A DNA stretch of 64,000 bases, from contig CM119266.1 of the NCBI GenBank assembly GCA_051294375.1, positions 21,767,875-21,831,874 on the forward strand. Direction: 5' to 3'. Of this stretch, positions 1 to 13,353 are shown piece after piece. A program made the position numbers and the translations under genes. The DNA is from Paraspadella gotoi. Lineage: Eukaryota > Animalia > Chaetognatha. The first letter of the stretch is position 1; every line of letters begins with the position of its first letter. The notes under the pieces were generated by a model. The model was not told the DNA's origin and ran no database searches. It was given only the letters and a program-made list of their open reading frames with translations.

Positions 1-3000
1 ACTTTACGCCCGAGCTACCTGAAATTTTGAATCGTAGCATACAAGAGCCGATAAAGGTTTGGGAGAGAGGATAAAGAAGACGTGAATGATTGGTAATATA
101 CCTTAGATTGACGACTCAGTTATATATATTTTACTCAATATTTTTCGCCCGAACCAACAAGTTACCGTCTATTGGCCTGTTAAAATTTAGAATTGGCGAA
201 AACTTATCGCTCTCGAAAAAAACCACCGGTAATAACGTCTCCGTATATGAACAAACCCAACCGGAAAAGATAAATCTAATCAAATTTGGGTGCGTATCTG
301 ACGAACTTAGGCTTATCTTAAATAATTAGATTCACAAGTTGTGCCTATCCGCCAATGGATTCAGTTAATAAACGAAATAACGTTTTTATCACTCAGCCCA
401 CTCAACGGCTGTTCGAGCTCACCGTGAATGCGTTTTTAAGTCTAGCACGTGTTTCGAACGACATCGACAGTAATTTGAAGATCTGAAGACCGAAAGAAGT
501 GGCGTCACGAGAGCGGCGATGCTGTGAAGGATCTCCTCCGTTTTAAATGGAATTATCGACGAAGATGAAGACGACGACGAAAACGACGAAGCGATAACGA
601 CGATCAACAACGGGCATGTGACCCTCCTCTTTGGCACAAGTTGATAAAACCGAGTATAGTTTGAAAGCGATATCTAAGACATTTTATTTCGGAGAGATGT
701 TAAGCTGTACATTGTGAAAAATGAACGTATCTATCTATAAAATTATGAGAGCGACTGAATACAAAAGGGGGATTTCGGATTTGTTCGAAATCTCTCGCAA
801 GCTGCAATCCCACGATCGCCACCACCGGTCTCACGCGGCTGTAATTCGAACCTTGGCCCGACTTCTCCTCGGTGGGTTAGTGGAAGACTTTTATTTGCAG
901 AGTCAATCTTTTCGTGCGAAGTCACGAATACTATACACAGAGACCTACGACAAGCTGTAAACGCTGCGCTAGAAGGCGTTAGCCTTATTTTGTTCAATAC
1001 AAACTGTTCCAATCTCGCGATCGAGGATGTCTCCGGTGTCTACTGTTCCGTGAAACACTTGTACTCTATTCTGACGAGAATTAGTAGAGGTCCGATTCAT
1101 CCGTACATCTTCCGATCGCCCGAGCCATTAACCGATGAACCACTTCACGCGCGGTGCCGTCTAGATCCCGCCGTAGTCCCTTCTGTCGAATATCGCTCAC
1201 CGTAACCCGCCGATGAATTGTATTGTGCGCGGATAGAGATAACGCAGGAGGGGGTTCTGTCCTCGTCACTTCGGTGCACCAAGAGGTGATTAGTTTAGGT
1301 AAAAGTTGTTAAATCTTATTATCCGGCGTGACCTGAGGATCGTCTGTCGAACTTCGTAAGATATCGTGTGTCTTCCGATGCTCGTTAAGACACGGCTGTT
1401 CGATTGCCCACGAAAAAACACGGAAAATTTTACTTCATACTCCATATGCAACTTCGAGCAAATAAAAAACAAGAAAAGTCTAATATTCAACATAAGGCTT
1501 GAGGGTATTAAAGAATTCACTCCTGCGTCCTTTCGCAGATTGCCTCCTGTTGCCGATTTTTGTTCGTAGTCCGACGATAGAAAGTTTATCTTTTTGGACC
1601 GTTCTTCCGCTGTGGTATAAGTAGACTTTTGATTTTAATTGCTCGCGTGGGTCCTGATGACGATCTCGTCAATTAGGGTGTGTTAGATGAACCATTGAGC
1701 GTCCTTATGTGTGCCGAACGTCAATAGGTCTTTGTTGCCGCATTGCTCCGCATCCCTTTTGCGGCCTCGCGGGAGAGGGTATTTGCAACGGTTCGAAGAA
1801 AGGGAACCAGGAACCGTCATTTCCGTGGCGTATATTTCTACCATTGTCGGTCGCACTTGGCTTCGGCTTCGTCTCTAGCGTCACGGAGGGGAATAATGAC
1901 CCTTGACGAGACGTTTGGTTCGTCGCTAAAAAAGCGTTTATACAAGAACATCGTGCGACGCGCAAGTGACACTGCACTCGAACGGTTATACGATATAAAA
2001 CGAAACCGATGAATCCTCTTTGGTGCATTCTCCTCGGTTTCGTCGCAGACGATGATCAAACGAACACGAATCATCCCGAGCCGGGTCAAACAAGCTAATC
2101 AGCGAACAAACCCGGTCCCCTCTTTGCGAATCGGACAGACAACGCCTAAAACCACCTGTGCGCAACTGATATATGTAGGAGAGAGGATCTGCAAGAGAAC
2201 ACGAAGCCATTTCGTAGTCTTGATAGCCCTTGTATCACAAGCTTATTCGTTGTTTTTTTCACTCTTCGACCGTCGAAATCCAATGTGTATACACTGTCTG
2301 CTAGATGCTACGCGATATACAATCATTCGACTCTTTATGGGGTACACCAACTCTACGACACCACCAGCACGAGCACAAGTTATCAGGGCGCCCACAACAC
2401 CACCTTAGATACAGGAACCTGAGTCTGTTTAGGGAGATCTGCGGTTTAAGCTTTCAACCTTGAGAAATTTTTATAACATGCTAAGGTTATAAACTGCCGC
2501 TACAATTTAATGAGCTCATGACTGAGAATGGTTTACTATTATTCATAAAAATCTAATGCTCGCTCCGGGGGTACGCTTATCTACCCTGATGGCGTCCTTT
2601 GGCAGCTGCGAACAATCCTTCCCGACCATAGTTCGCCGCGCTCGTAAATATAAAAAAAAAAAACAAAAAAACCAGAAATTCACTTTACTCACGTACCCTC
2701 AACAACACCTCGTTAGGCGACTCACAGTTAGTATCGTCTCCGTAGACCCACTTCTTGTATACGCCAAAAATCTCGGATGCAGGAATGATTTCTCTTATCT
2801 ATTTTAAAAACCGAAATTAACGATGCAATCGTACAGACCATAGACCCACCGTACAGCACGTTAGCATTGTGAATCCAAACAAAGCTCAGACCTATCTTTC
2901 TCTCATTTCTAACTCCCCTCTCTCTTTCGCCTTTATCTGTCGTTCTTCCTGCTTCGCAAGGCTGATTTCTGACACTTCGCTGCGTCTATTACGACAATGG

Positions 3001-3659
3001 TACCCGATAATTCAGAACACTGGACTGCGTTGCCTGGACTGTTTTGCCTTTTTCAATTTTCCAGTCTTATAAAAGGACACGCCACACTGACGTGCCGCTC
3101 CGGAGTCTGGATTGAAGCGTCGGCCACTCGTACGACTTGCCCTTGAAGGAACCCAGGAGTCCCAACCGCGTTTCCGTGTCTAGAGTCTCAACTTCCGGCA
3201 TGCTCAATTTATTTTCGTTTTTTGCAAAATAAAATTACCGTCTGACGCTCTTCTGGCTGTTCCGACCACGGCCGAGTTTCTATAGCAACTATGAACTACT
3301 CTATGCCAGCTGCAGAGGATTCTTAAAAACTTTGGCAGAGTCATCTGCGACATCCGGCGAACCAGCATTGACGGCTCCTCCGTTCTGCAGTCTACGACGA
3401 AATTTGCACCAACAGAAACGTCTCGCCACAAGAGGATCTCGATTCTTCAAAGCATTAGCACTTCCACCCCGACGCACTTTCGTGTCCTGTGTGTGGGCGC
3501 GCCCAAGATAGAGAGTATTTGCTTTCGTGAAAATGCCCCATCTGAGCTTTAAACCTTCCGTCTAGCCGCCACTGTGAAAGCAAAAGCCTTTCTTATATAA
3601 GCGCGTCTCTCGAGACTCACAAGACCAGCAGACAAATATCTCCTCAACCGACAAAGCAC

Positions 3660-5295
3660 ATGGCTAGACCACAGAAATCCCAGCAGGACCTTAAGCTTGT
3701 GTTCTCTCTCCGTCTCTCTAACTTCCCATGTACCGCGAAGTGCCACGCAAGCAGCGCGCGACATAAGGTGTGAACGACTTTTGGTCGAGCCTCTTTTTCC
3801 CCTGCTCGCTTTGCTATGGATGCGCAAACGGACAGACCAAGTCCAAAAAGCTGGATCAAGGAAATGGACATTTGAACTCTATAAAGAGGATTGCAGGCAA
3901 TGGGGGCAAGTCTTTGGCGAGAAATGAACCAGGAATAAAGTTCGAGTAGTATGTTGTCTGTTAATATTCGAGCGTTTTTCTAGTTTCCTGAATTTTAAAA
4001 TTTAGATTGTGATCTAACAACGTTTATTAGTAGACTGTATAGAGAATGAAATTATAGCTCCTTCTGTTTATTAGTCTCCTCCCGTCGAGTCCTCGCCCAC
4101 AGTCTAAACCGCCCACCGCCCACTGAGTTACAAACAACTACCAAGACTAAAGAAAAATCAAAAAAAAAAAAATCTAATAAATCTGGCGCGCTGAAGCATG
4201 ATTAATTTCTATTATTGTATTGAAAATTGCATAGCATATATCTCATCGTCTAATGCTCTTTCTGCATTTATCGTTCTGATCATGTGAAGTCCGAGAGTGG
4301 GATAGAATTTCTCCTCAAAGACATAGCTTAACCCTGTGTGGATTCTGAAGAAGCCCATGCTGCTGGTGAGACAAGCTTGTCAACGGCGAGACCTGACGAA
4401 TACATTGTGCTCTCCGACGTAAGACGTCACCCTCTTGTGGAGCTCGGAACAGGAAAAAAATTGTCGGGCGCCATTCCCCCCTCCCCTGGCACGGAGAGCG
4501 GCCGGACGTGAGCGTCTACAAAACCAAGAATCCATCACCCGACTCGTATCCCTCAAGGGCAAGTCTCGTCTAGGCGAGCATCAGCATCCAGCTGGAGCGA
4601 TCGCAGGACGGACGCTCCATTTCTTTGGGTCCTTTCTGCGCGTTGAGACCGATGGCTCCAGTCACTTGGACGAGAACGACCAGAAGCGACGAGTATCGGC
4701 CTTGTTATCAGACGCTAGGGATTCTAGCGTCATCTCGAAAAAGAGAACATCGGTGTGGCATGGTACACGCGTCGTAGGACCGAGCTGCCAAAGGACCCCC
4801 GTAAGATCCCACCTATCCGAACACTCTTGCCGACGGGTCCCCGGTGACCTCGGGTCACGCGCTCAACACGCCCAACTGACGACGAGATGCCACGCGCTGA
4901 AAGTCGAGCTACGCTCGAGGTCCATGCAGAAGTGATGCGCTCTACAAACGCCGGCCGAAAAGTAGGCGGGTTCGCCAGGTCGGATGCAATCGTCCGCTTC
5001 ATCGTGCTGTCGATCGTCTTCTCCTCGGTCGTCATCGTCGTTCTTTCGTTCTATATAAACGCAAGGTCATTTTCTCCACGAGCGAAGCTCGAAGGCGCAC
5101 CGGACATGGAGAAAGGACGCTCCCAAGTTAAACGAGTAGCCGTAACGCACAACGGCGACGGCAAAACGTGCTCGACACAAAAGAAACATGATCTAATACG
5201 TCGACGATGAGAAGAGACTCCATTCCAAACGAAGACTGCAAGAATGAAGCTCATCATCGACACGAAACGAAAAGATGGAAAGGACGACAGATTTA
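3660..5295 (+). pseudogene. Frameshifted copy of the Ig-domain gene inside the noisy duplicate (probably not a real pseudogene)
   Basis: Residual peptides such as DMEKG..VTHNGDGKT match 15853-17223. Confidence 0.35.
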
Positions 5296-7242
5296 AACTT
5301 CCACTGTCGAAAATGACTCTTGTGATGATGGAGAGCTTTTCGATCCGAGCCGCCGCACGATCTTTAAATACGGCGCTAGAAGATTTAACTCCTTACCTCG
5401 CGCTCCCGACTTACGTGTTTTAATGACCGTTGCTTCAAGCAAGATCTTGTATTTTTGGTCAACACATTCGTCTTTTTGCTGCTTCATGTCGTATTTTTCG
5501 TACATCATTTTTGTTTTAAGAATATCTATTCATTCTGTTTGCATTAAACATAATGTAAATAATGCCTCTTCTCTCTCTCCTCTCTCTCTCTCCTTCTCTC
5601 TCTCTTCTCTTCTCTCTCCTCGCTCTCCTTCTCTCTCGTCTTTCTCTCTCTTTCTTTCTCTCTTCTCTCTAGTAAACAGCTATATAGTACTTGACTCAGA
5701 ATTCATTTTATATTTGTTACTTCTTTTCAAAAATTTAATGAAGATGACCCCTAAATAGAATTTAATTAAGGTCCAGAAAACTTTTTTTGTTATTTAAAAA
5801 AATGTAAGTCGCTTATATTTTTCTGAAAAGTTGACAAGTTTAGAAAATGTGTCTTTCGTCATGATATATTTTTGATACTTGAATTAATAGTGCTAAGAAT
5901 ATAAAATTTAAGTAGCGAATGTAATAATGAGCCACAATTGTATTTATTGCCGCCCCATTCCCAGTGTAAGCAGGTGGCAGATAAGTTGACCCTCATAGCG
6001 TGACAACTGCATCCGACGACTACCTTTGCGTTTCTAGCATATACTATGCCTATAGCAAATTCCCTCTGCCTCAAGTATTAAGACTACGACACGTTAGGTT
6101 ACTGACGAAGAAAAGCATAATGTCATTAAATTAGATTTTCAAGACACAGCGCATTACCAAGCATGCGACACTTGGGTTAGCAAAAGTATAAGTAAATTTA
6201 TCACCTAGTAAAGAAAATAATATTGAAAATTTAATAAATTCATAATAGACATATGTTATATTTAATTTTGGTAAAATATCCATGAGGACCAATCTCTTTA
6301 CTTTTAAAAGAGTTTGCCCTTTTTCTTTTGGTCGTCAATTTCCGTTTGTTCTTTTTGTAGGCCATCGGATCTGAAAGACCCTCAAACTCGTCCCGTATCT
6401 AGGCATCCTTCGTGCGTTTTTCCAGAAACTTATCACGTTCAAATTTACTCGAGACTCATTGATTTATCATTCATTTGTTTTTCTCCTTCCTTTACAGAAA
6501 AAAAAAAAAAAAACATAAAAAAAAATAGACTGCTAGCAGGGCGGAGAGAGACTTAAGCTTTTTCCTTTAAATACAAACAAACTAACATTCGGTTCTTAAG
6601 ACCATCACGAATTCTACCACTTAAATGATAGTCCGTTTTTAATTAATGATATTTTTTGCTTTTTCTCGTTACCTTTTGACAAAGCCAATTGCTTGAATTT
6701 CCTATTCAGTTGTTTTTTCCCCTGTTCCTTACAGAAAAAACACGACTCTAGTAACAATTTAAATACTCTCTGCTCGCTCAATTTGACGTCATTCAGGCTC
6801 AGAGGGGATCCACTTTCAGTCCCCTTGTTAGTATTGAAATCTTCGGTTGACTTGCGACCAATGAAGAGCAACGCCGATCTCCATCATTAACCAGGCACAC
6901 TAACGCACTATAGCTAATCCTCCAGTTGGCTCATTCAGCATCTTCCTTAAAAAATAAATTCTTTGCGTTAAAATCTCATCTATCTCTAATGTAATCTTTA
7001 ATGTTGACCCTACAATGCTTAACATCCAATTCTTCAAATGATAAAATTGTTGTCTTTTCCTTTCAGAAAAAACAAAACTTATAGTTTCAACTTCCTCTTA
7101 GAAAAAAAAAAAATTAAATGTAATCTTTTGATTTCGCGTTTTTAAAAAGAATTCTTAGGCACCCGGTCTGGTGTCAATTATCTCAGGAATGAAAAACAAC
7201 CGTTTTTCTATTTTTCGTAAAGACGTGCAATTCCTCGAGATA

Positions 7243-8793
7243 ATTGGAATCATTCCGGGGGACTCGTAGAATGTAATGAGAATGCAAGCTGGCGAAGAAC
7301 GCAAGCCCTTTAGGCAATGAGATTATCTTTAGCGTGAGATCTACATCGTAATGCTACTCGCGTCCGGAGAATGATACATCACCCCGACCGTAAGTCAGCG
7401 TACAATGCCCTCTCCCGAACGCTCAGGTGCCCCGCCTTTGTCCTCACTGTTCAGCCCCTATTGGCCCCTAATTCCATCCACACCAAACGCCACGAACCAG
7501 ATGTTCAACAGCCCGTCCAGACACAACCACACCTGCTACGGTGACCGCTGAGAAATTCGCTGGACAGCGGACCCACCGGGTCTCGTTAATCCGTCACGTC
7601 GACGCTTCCGAACTCTTTCTGGCGCTGGAACGTGGAATTCCACACCGACGACCAAATACGACTGAGGACAATTTTATCAAAGGAATGCAGTGTCTCCGAT
7701 GGGACCGCTTGGCTCACCGCACGGAGGATCGAAATCTCTGCTCTCTTCGGACTTTTCCAAAGACCTAAACGACTTCGATACGAAATCGAAGAAAATGAGA
7801 GAAGAGAACAAGAGAAAAGGACGGACGCGACGCTGAGATACCGAGGCTTCGATCTCGTCTACGAGGACGATCTGGTATCCGTTTATGAATTACCACAGAC
7901 CTCTACACCTGTTTTTCGTCGTGACCGAGACAACTCGCCATTTCATCTCTACGAACGCCTACGACGGTCTTCTCGCTAGCTCGTATCTCGCCTTCAATCA
8001 AGTCGAGGGAGTTGGTTTCCGCCGTCTCCGTTGCCTTTCTCCCCCGACCCGACCGCTCAACTTCTCTCGGCCTACAACAAAGACGGTACGACGTCTTCGA
8101 CCTCGCCACTCCGGGGCGCGTGGACTTGCGAGTTCATGCTCGTACCTACGAGGAGAGAAACGTCGATGACTAAAGGGAATCTGTGTTCTTGCTTCGCCTT
8201 CACCGACCTCGACTTCGAGTCTCTCGTGGCCGTCAAGTTACTCCGATCGATCGGCGCTCTTCTCTCTCCCGCGCCGTGAGTTGATCAGCACCGATCTCGA
8301 CCGGCCATCCAGGTCGGCTTCACCTGCCCTTCATGGTTTCGCCTTGCGGTGACCCGACTCTTCCGGCGCGAGAGAAAGACGACAATTCTTGTTGCTCGAT
8401 CGTTCCCAATTTTGGCGTCAGATCTCTTTTCTCGCGAAAAGGAGATGACGATCTAATCAACGAGTCCAATTTAGACTCGACGCATCGAGGGTCGCTTCAT
8501 CTTTTCCGGCGATACGACCGGAAACGTCACCGTTTGGACTCGTCTTCGTACGAATAAGGCCTCGTTTTGCGATTCGACGCGGTCGCTGGCTGCGCTGAAG
8601 AGATTCGCGCTCACCGAGAAGCGGTGAGCGGACGAGTCTTCACCCTCACCTTCCGCTTTCTTGCGACCACTTCCGGCCAGAGGACATTTCTCTTTACGAA
8701 AGTGACTCTCCTCAACGAGGGAAACGCATTCCGTATGGCGCGATGCCTTCATCCAGCTTCGAAAATTCCCTAAGAGTATGGAGAATTAAATGA
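7243..8793 (+). pseudogene. Frameshifted copy of WRAP53 inside the noisy duplicate (probably artefact)
   Basis: Fragments EDNFIKG, LRYEIEENE, SYLAFNQVE and LATTSGQR match 19164-20708. Confidence 0.35.
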
Positions 8794-8943
8794 TTAATAT
8801 TGTGTTTTTTATCTCTTTCTCTTGTAATGTCAATTTTTTTTCAAAAAAAAGGATGGTTTAAACTTAAAAGCTATACCTTAGCTTTTGGCTATCAGTAAAC
8901 GTTAAAACTAAAAAAGTCGCTGTGCTCGTGTCGATTCTACTAA

Positions 8944-11900
8944 GTTGACACTGTTGCGTTACGCGCTACGGCCATTTCGCCTCTCACCCGTGGGAGCGTA
9001 TCCTTGCGACGCTGGCCGCACATTTTCTCGCAGCCTCTCCTCTTCATGTCCTGTACGCGGCAGAAAACGGATGATTTCTCTTAAAATTCAGATACTTATA
9101 CCCTCGCCGCTCGTAAGCACAAATAATATAACGATGAATGGATGAATGCATTTTAACTATACAGTTCTTTCCTGATCCACGCCTATCCAGCCGCCAAACG
9201 GCATCGTGATATATCCATAGGACGAAAGAATCGACCTTCATCTTCGTTATCTGCGCGATGCCAGCCACATTATTTTTTTATCCAATTCATAAGTCTGGCG
9301 AAAGATGGGATCCAGGTTTGGCATAAATATTAAACTAAATATCCCCCCAATCGAGTTATTATGTTTCATACTATTATTTTTTAGATACATCAGAGCAGTG
9401 ACCGGTCGATATTTTATCCTCCTTTCCGTTCTCCGGTTTCATCCCACATACCTCTTCCTCGCCTCCTTTGCCTCGCTCCAGCCACGCCCTCCCTTTTTTT
9501 CTTCTACTCATGGATTTCTCCACAAGGCGTGGACATCGCTGGCGCAAATGATCTCTTTCGTCCGAACCAAGGAGGCAGTTGGTCGAAAAGTCTCTGAGGA
9601 ATGTACCCATTGCGTAAATTCCATCTCTATTTACTGGAACAAAAAGTAAACGTGATTACTGAATGACTTGCTTACTTAATAGTCCCTCGTACTGCTCGAT
9701 GCTTTGGTTCTGAGATGATCTATTCTATTCTCCCGTCTGGATTCTGTCTCATCAATTGTTTTGAATTCCGTCTAAGATCTATTGTTGTTTTGGGGGAATT
9801 TTTCAGTCTGCAATATCTAACAGTCGTGGTAAGCTTTTAGTTTTAATACTATGAAGTATGTATGTAATGTATTCATTTTTCACTTGAATATTGAAATGAA
9901 CTTCTAGGTTTTATCTCGGAATTTTCCACCGTTTTATCGCTAATCCGGCGTCAGCATATCGCACCCAGAAAAGTGAATGACGGCTGCCATTTCGGGAAAA
10001 GGATCTGTGATCCGAATCTGCCAAAACGAAGTAAATACTGCGAAATTACCTTATATTGCGAACTGTCATTTGATATTTGTTTAATATTCAGCTGATATCG
10101 TATTGTTTAGATCAGGAGTGCTTTGCTTATCAATTATCTCTGCCTTTCCTTCACGTCAACAATCCGACGACGAGTTAATTCGGTCATGAAAAGACGAGAC
10201 CCAGTTTTGCCAAGCATCAAGGTCGTCATGGTTCTGTCGCTCCTTTCGCGATTCACCGCCACAGTCACCTGATCCGGATTTGTGTTTCTTTTTTTGTTTA
10301 GCTGCAGTCTCTTATAGTGTTTTCTTTGAGACGATTCCACGTTGACACCTCTCCCCGGACGCCGCCGCTCACCCTGCCGTTTCTCCGAGCCTCGGCGGCG
10401 CTCGTGGGGTGGTGTGCATGTATCATTCCGTCATCTTGTCCGCCGAGAACTATCTAAGCCTCAGTCGTCCGTGGCGCCCTTCTTCTCTATCTCGTTCTCC
10501 CGAACTGCTTTTGAGGACTCGATGTTTCAAGGAACTTATTCTCCGGCGACAACAAACTCTGAGCGCGTCCATATTACGTCCCTGGTCTTCCCTCGCGTCG
10601 TCCGCTTCCGGAGCGCGGTTGTCCGTGTTTTCAAGGAACATTCATTATTACACTATCTCACAAAAGCGTCCACACTTTAATTAATTCTGCGTGTTCTCTC
10701 AACCCAGAGCCCGCTCGCGCTCTTTTCACTTGTCGCGTTAGTATTTCAACCGTACTGCTTCCGCTCCTCGACGTCGGGACGCAGATCTTGTACTTTCTAT
10801 CGTAACGCCGAACTTGTTACGGTATCGACGTTCATGACGAATACCTCCGGTCCCTGAATATCAATTTCCAGCCGCTTAATCACATGCCTTCGTCTGTGTC
10901 GAAACCGTAATCGGTCATGGACCTGTCTCGGAGCTCCTCTTCGCAGTGAATATTGCTACCTTAATATTTTGCGAGACAAGGACCCTTGCGGCCGAACAAG
11001 TGACGCGAGATGACATAGTGCGTAACTCTCGTGGAGAAGAAAACGCCTCCGCCCGCGTACAGTTTGGAAAAACACCTTGGCGATCCTTGTTCGCGCTAAA
11101 GATTCGTCAGTTTGTCATTTGTGGAGAAAAACTAAGCAACGATACCAAATTGAATGTGGCTACTCCCTTATGAAAATTTCGATTATTACCAAGTCACTGG
11201 GAGATTTCGTGTGCAAATTATCATCGCGTCACGTGAGTCTCCCGTTGGGTGTGCGTGGTCCGTTGCATATAACGGTAAGAATATTGGTTTCGGTAGTGTG
11301 GCTGAAGCCTAATTCCCCTCCCCTAGGACTCACTTTCCGCCCATTAGCTCGACAGCAGAATAATGTTTCAATAACTTTATTGAGTTTCCGGGTTCATCCC
11401 CTATCATGGTCACGCTTGTTTAGTGCTGATGGTGTCGGCTGTAAACAAACCAGTGAATGCGGTGTGGTCAGTGCCGGTTCAAAGTCTCTGAGGCGCCATT
11501 TATCGGGAAGAGCCTCACACCTCCGGGCGATCACACATGTCTTCCCATTGCCATAGTATGATGTATTCATTTTAGTTTTTAAATTGTGCTTTATCATTGT
11601 CAGGGTTTGACTTTCACCGTACCGCTAGCGACTTTGAAAGGAGGCTTTGTTTGCCTCTACCAACCGAGGTGCAAAGCGTTAACTGGCCTCTGGTGAGTCT
11701 TAGGTTGAATCTTGATCATGCAATGACCCGAGGCCCGTCTCGTTCGCCTTCAACAGCGCTCGTCGGCAAAAAAGGCGAGTTGGGATTGGATCCAGAGTCG
11801 CTAAATTAGAAGCAGGTTATTACATTTGCCGATTATATTGTTAGAAAGATCAATATCGATTTCAATAATTTATATTGATATGTTCATATTCATTTCCCCA

Positions 11901-12790
11901 GATGGAATGAAACTTTTGCCTCTCTGAAAGAGACCTTCTTCGACTATCTCGCTTCGCTCTTCGAATCCGTCGCTCCGAAAATCGTTGGACGCCTTATGGT
12001 CTCATTCGATTCTAAAGCAACCACGGAATGGGGGTGCTTTGGCGATGACATGCGCTTTCCACAAGCACCCGGCCGATTGCCCTGAACGTCTCGCGAAGAG
12101 TTTTCCCATGATGCTGTATCCTTCAGTCGCGGAAACTTTTCGCGCTAGACAAAAACTATATCCGTAAACGGATCGCAGCGTCTCGAGGATGCGTCTGTTC
12201 CTGCGGGCCGTCGTTTGTGCCGCGTCGCGTTCTCGCCGACGTCTTAAAACTAGTCCGGCGCTTCGAGGCGGCGTTACAGCTGGGCAAGAATCTCGTTGGT
12301 TCCCGCCGTTCGCCGGCTCTCTGGCGTTTAACGCCCACGCGGCTAATATCGTCACGCACTCTCTCGCCACGGGCTCAACGACGCCGCTCAGAGCCGTACA
12401 TTCTCTCCATTGCGCTGACCGTGCATGGAACTGGCGCAGAAAGACGCACGACGTACGAACCTTTACGTTCTCCGTGACATGCCCCTTCGATCGACTCGTC
12501 GGAACAGAGGCACGCTTCTTTTATGGAACATCTCATATCTCCGCAATCTCCATAGTCGCTGCCCTTACTCTGCTCGCGTCACAGCCTCCAGGCGCTAATA
12601 TTCCCTCGTCGGCGATTCAGCAACGCTCGAACGGGTTGGCTGAGTCGTCCCGCGACTCTTCCACTTGACGGTGATCGTCGAACTCTCATCTGATGGCCGC
12701 GCTCCGCCGGAAGGCCATCTCGCCTCAAAATCCACTAGGCTGAAACAGCATATCGCGTCGATCTTAAAAAGTCGCGGAAACAACAGAGTG
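8944..12790 (+). pseudogene. Frameshifted copy of HMGCR inside the noisy duplicate (probably artefact)
   Basis: Fragments [18 protein letters not shown] and [10 protein letters not shown] match 20853-24454; introns are retained. Confidence 0.35.
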
Positions 12791-12870
12791 ACGTCGTTAA
12801 TAGAATACACATAACATTATAAGCGGAATGATCCAAAGTAGTGCTGCCATGCAGGAAATTATTATTTTTT

Positions 12871-12895
12871 NNNNNNNNNNNNNNNNNNNNNNNNN
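12871..12895. other. Assembly gap (25 N)
   Basis: Run of 25 n, followed directly by an (AG)n microsatellite. Confidence 0.99.

Positions 12896-12927
<32 letters not shown>
12896..12927. repeat. (AG)n microsatellite
   Basis: Perfect dinucleotide run abutting the gap. Confidence 0.95.
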
Positions 12928-12929
<2 letters not shown>

Positions 12930-13268
12930 GTTACTCATGCGTGCGTGAGGGACCCTTTTAAAACCTTTCTTCTTTTTTGCCTATTTTCTGTTTCTTTGTT
13001 TTTCTTCTTTTTTTGTTTCGTGAACCGGCATTGAATCTGAGCTCACCGTTTTTCTAAAGAGTCACAAGGAACGTAAGGGTTTGAGAAATCGGAGAGAATT
13101 CTAAAAGGAAAACGCATTGCAGGTTCGGAGTATGAGAGAGTGGAAAGGACTCCGCTTTCGAGGAAGGCGGGGGGGGAGGCTGAACCCACGAACCAATTTA
13201 AGTCCGGCACTTCCGGATCTTATCGGCTGGTGGAATAAGCCGCCCGTGAAGCAATGGCGCCACAAAAT

Positions 13269-13270
13269 GT

Positions 13271-13302
<32 letters not shown>

Positions 13303-13321
13303 CTCTTCTCTCCTCTCTCTC

Positions 13322-13353
<32 letters not shown>
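13269..13353. repeat. Imperfect (CT)n microsatellite
   Basis: CT dinucleotide tract. Confidence 0.9.

Larger units (their letters stand above)
1..12870 (+). other. Error-rich duplicate of ~13550-24540 (Ig gene, WRAP53, HMGCR and flanks); probable assembly artefact
   Basis: Collinear with 13550-24540 throughout (e.g. 548-610 vs 13960-14025; 12820-12870 vs 24485-24539). About 12.9 kb versus about 11.0 kb, so insertions dominate. Frameshifts are dense in exons and introns alike. Ends at the N gap. Confidence 0.85.

Noticed and set aside
11275-11600. Independent extra copy of the twister-SINE
   Set aside because: It is the HMGCR intron reproduced inside the noisy duplicate, not a separate insertion.
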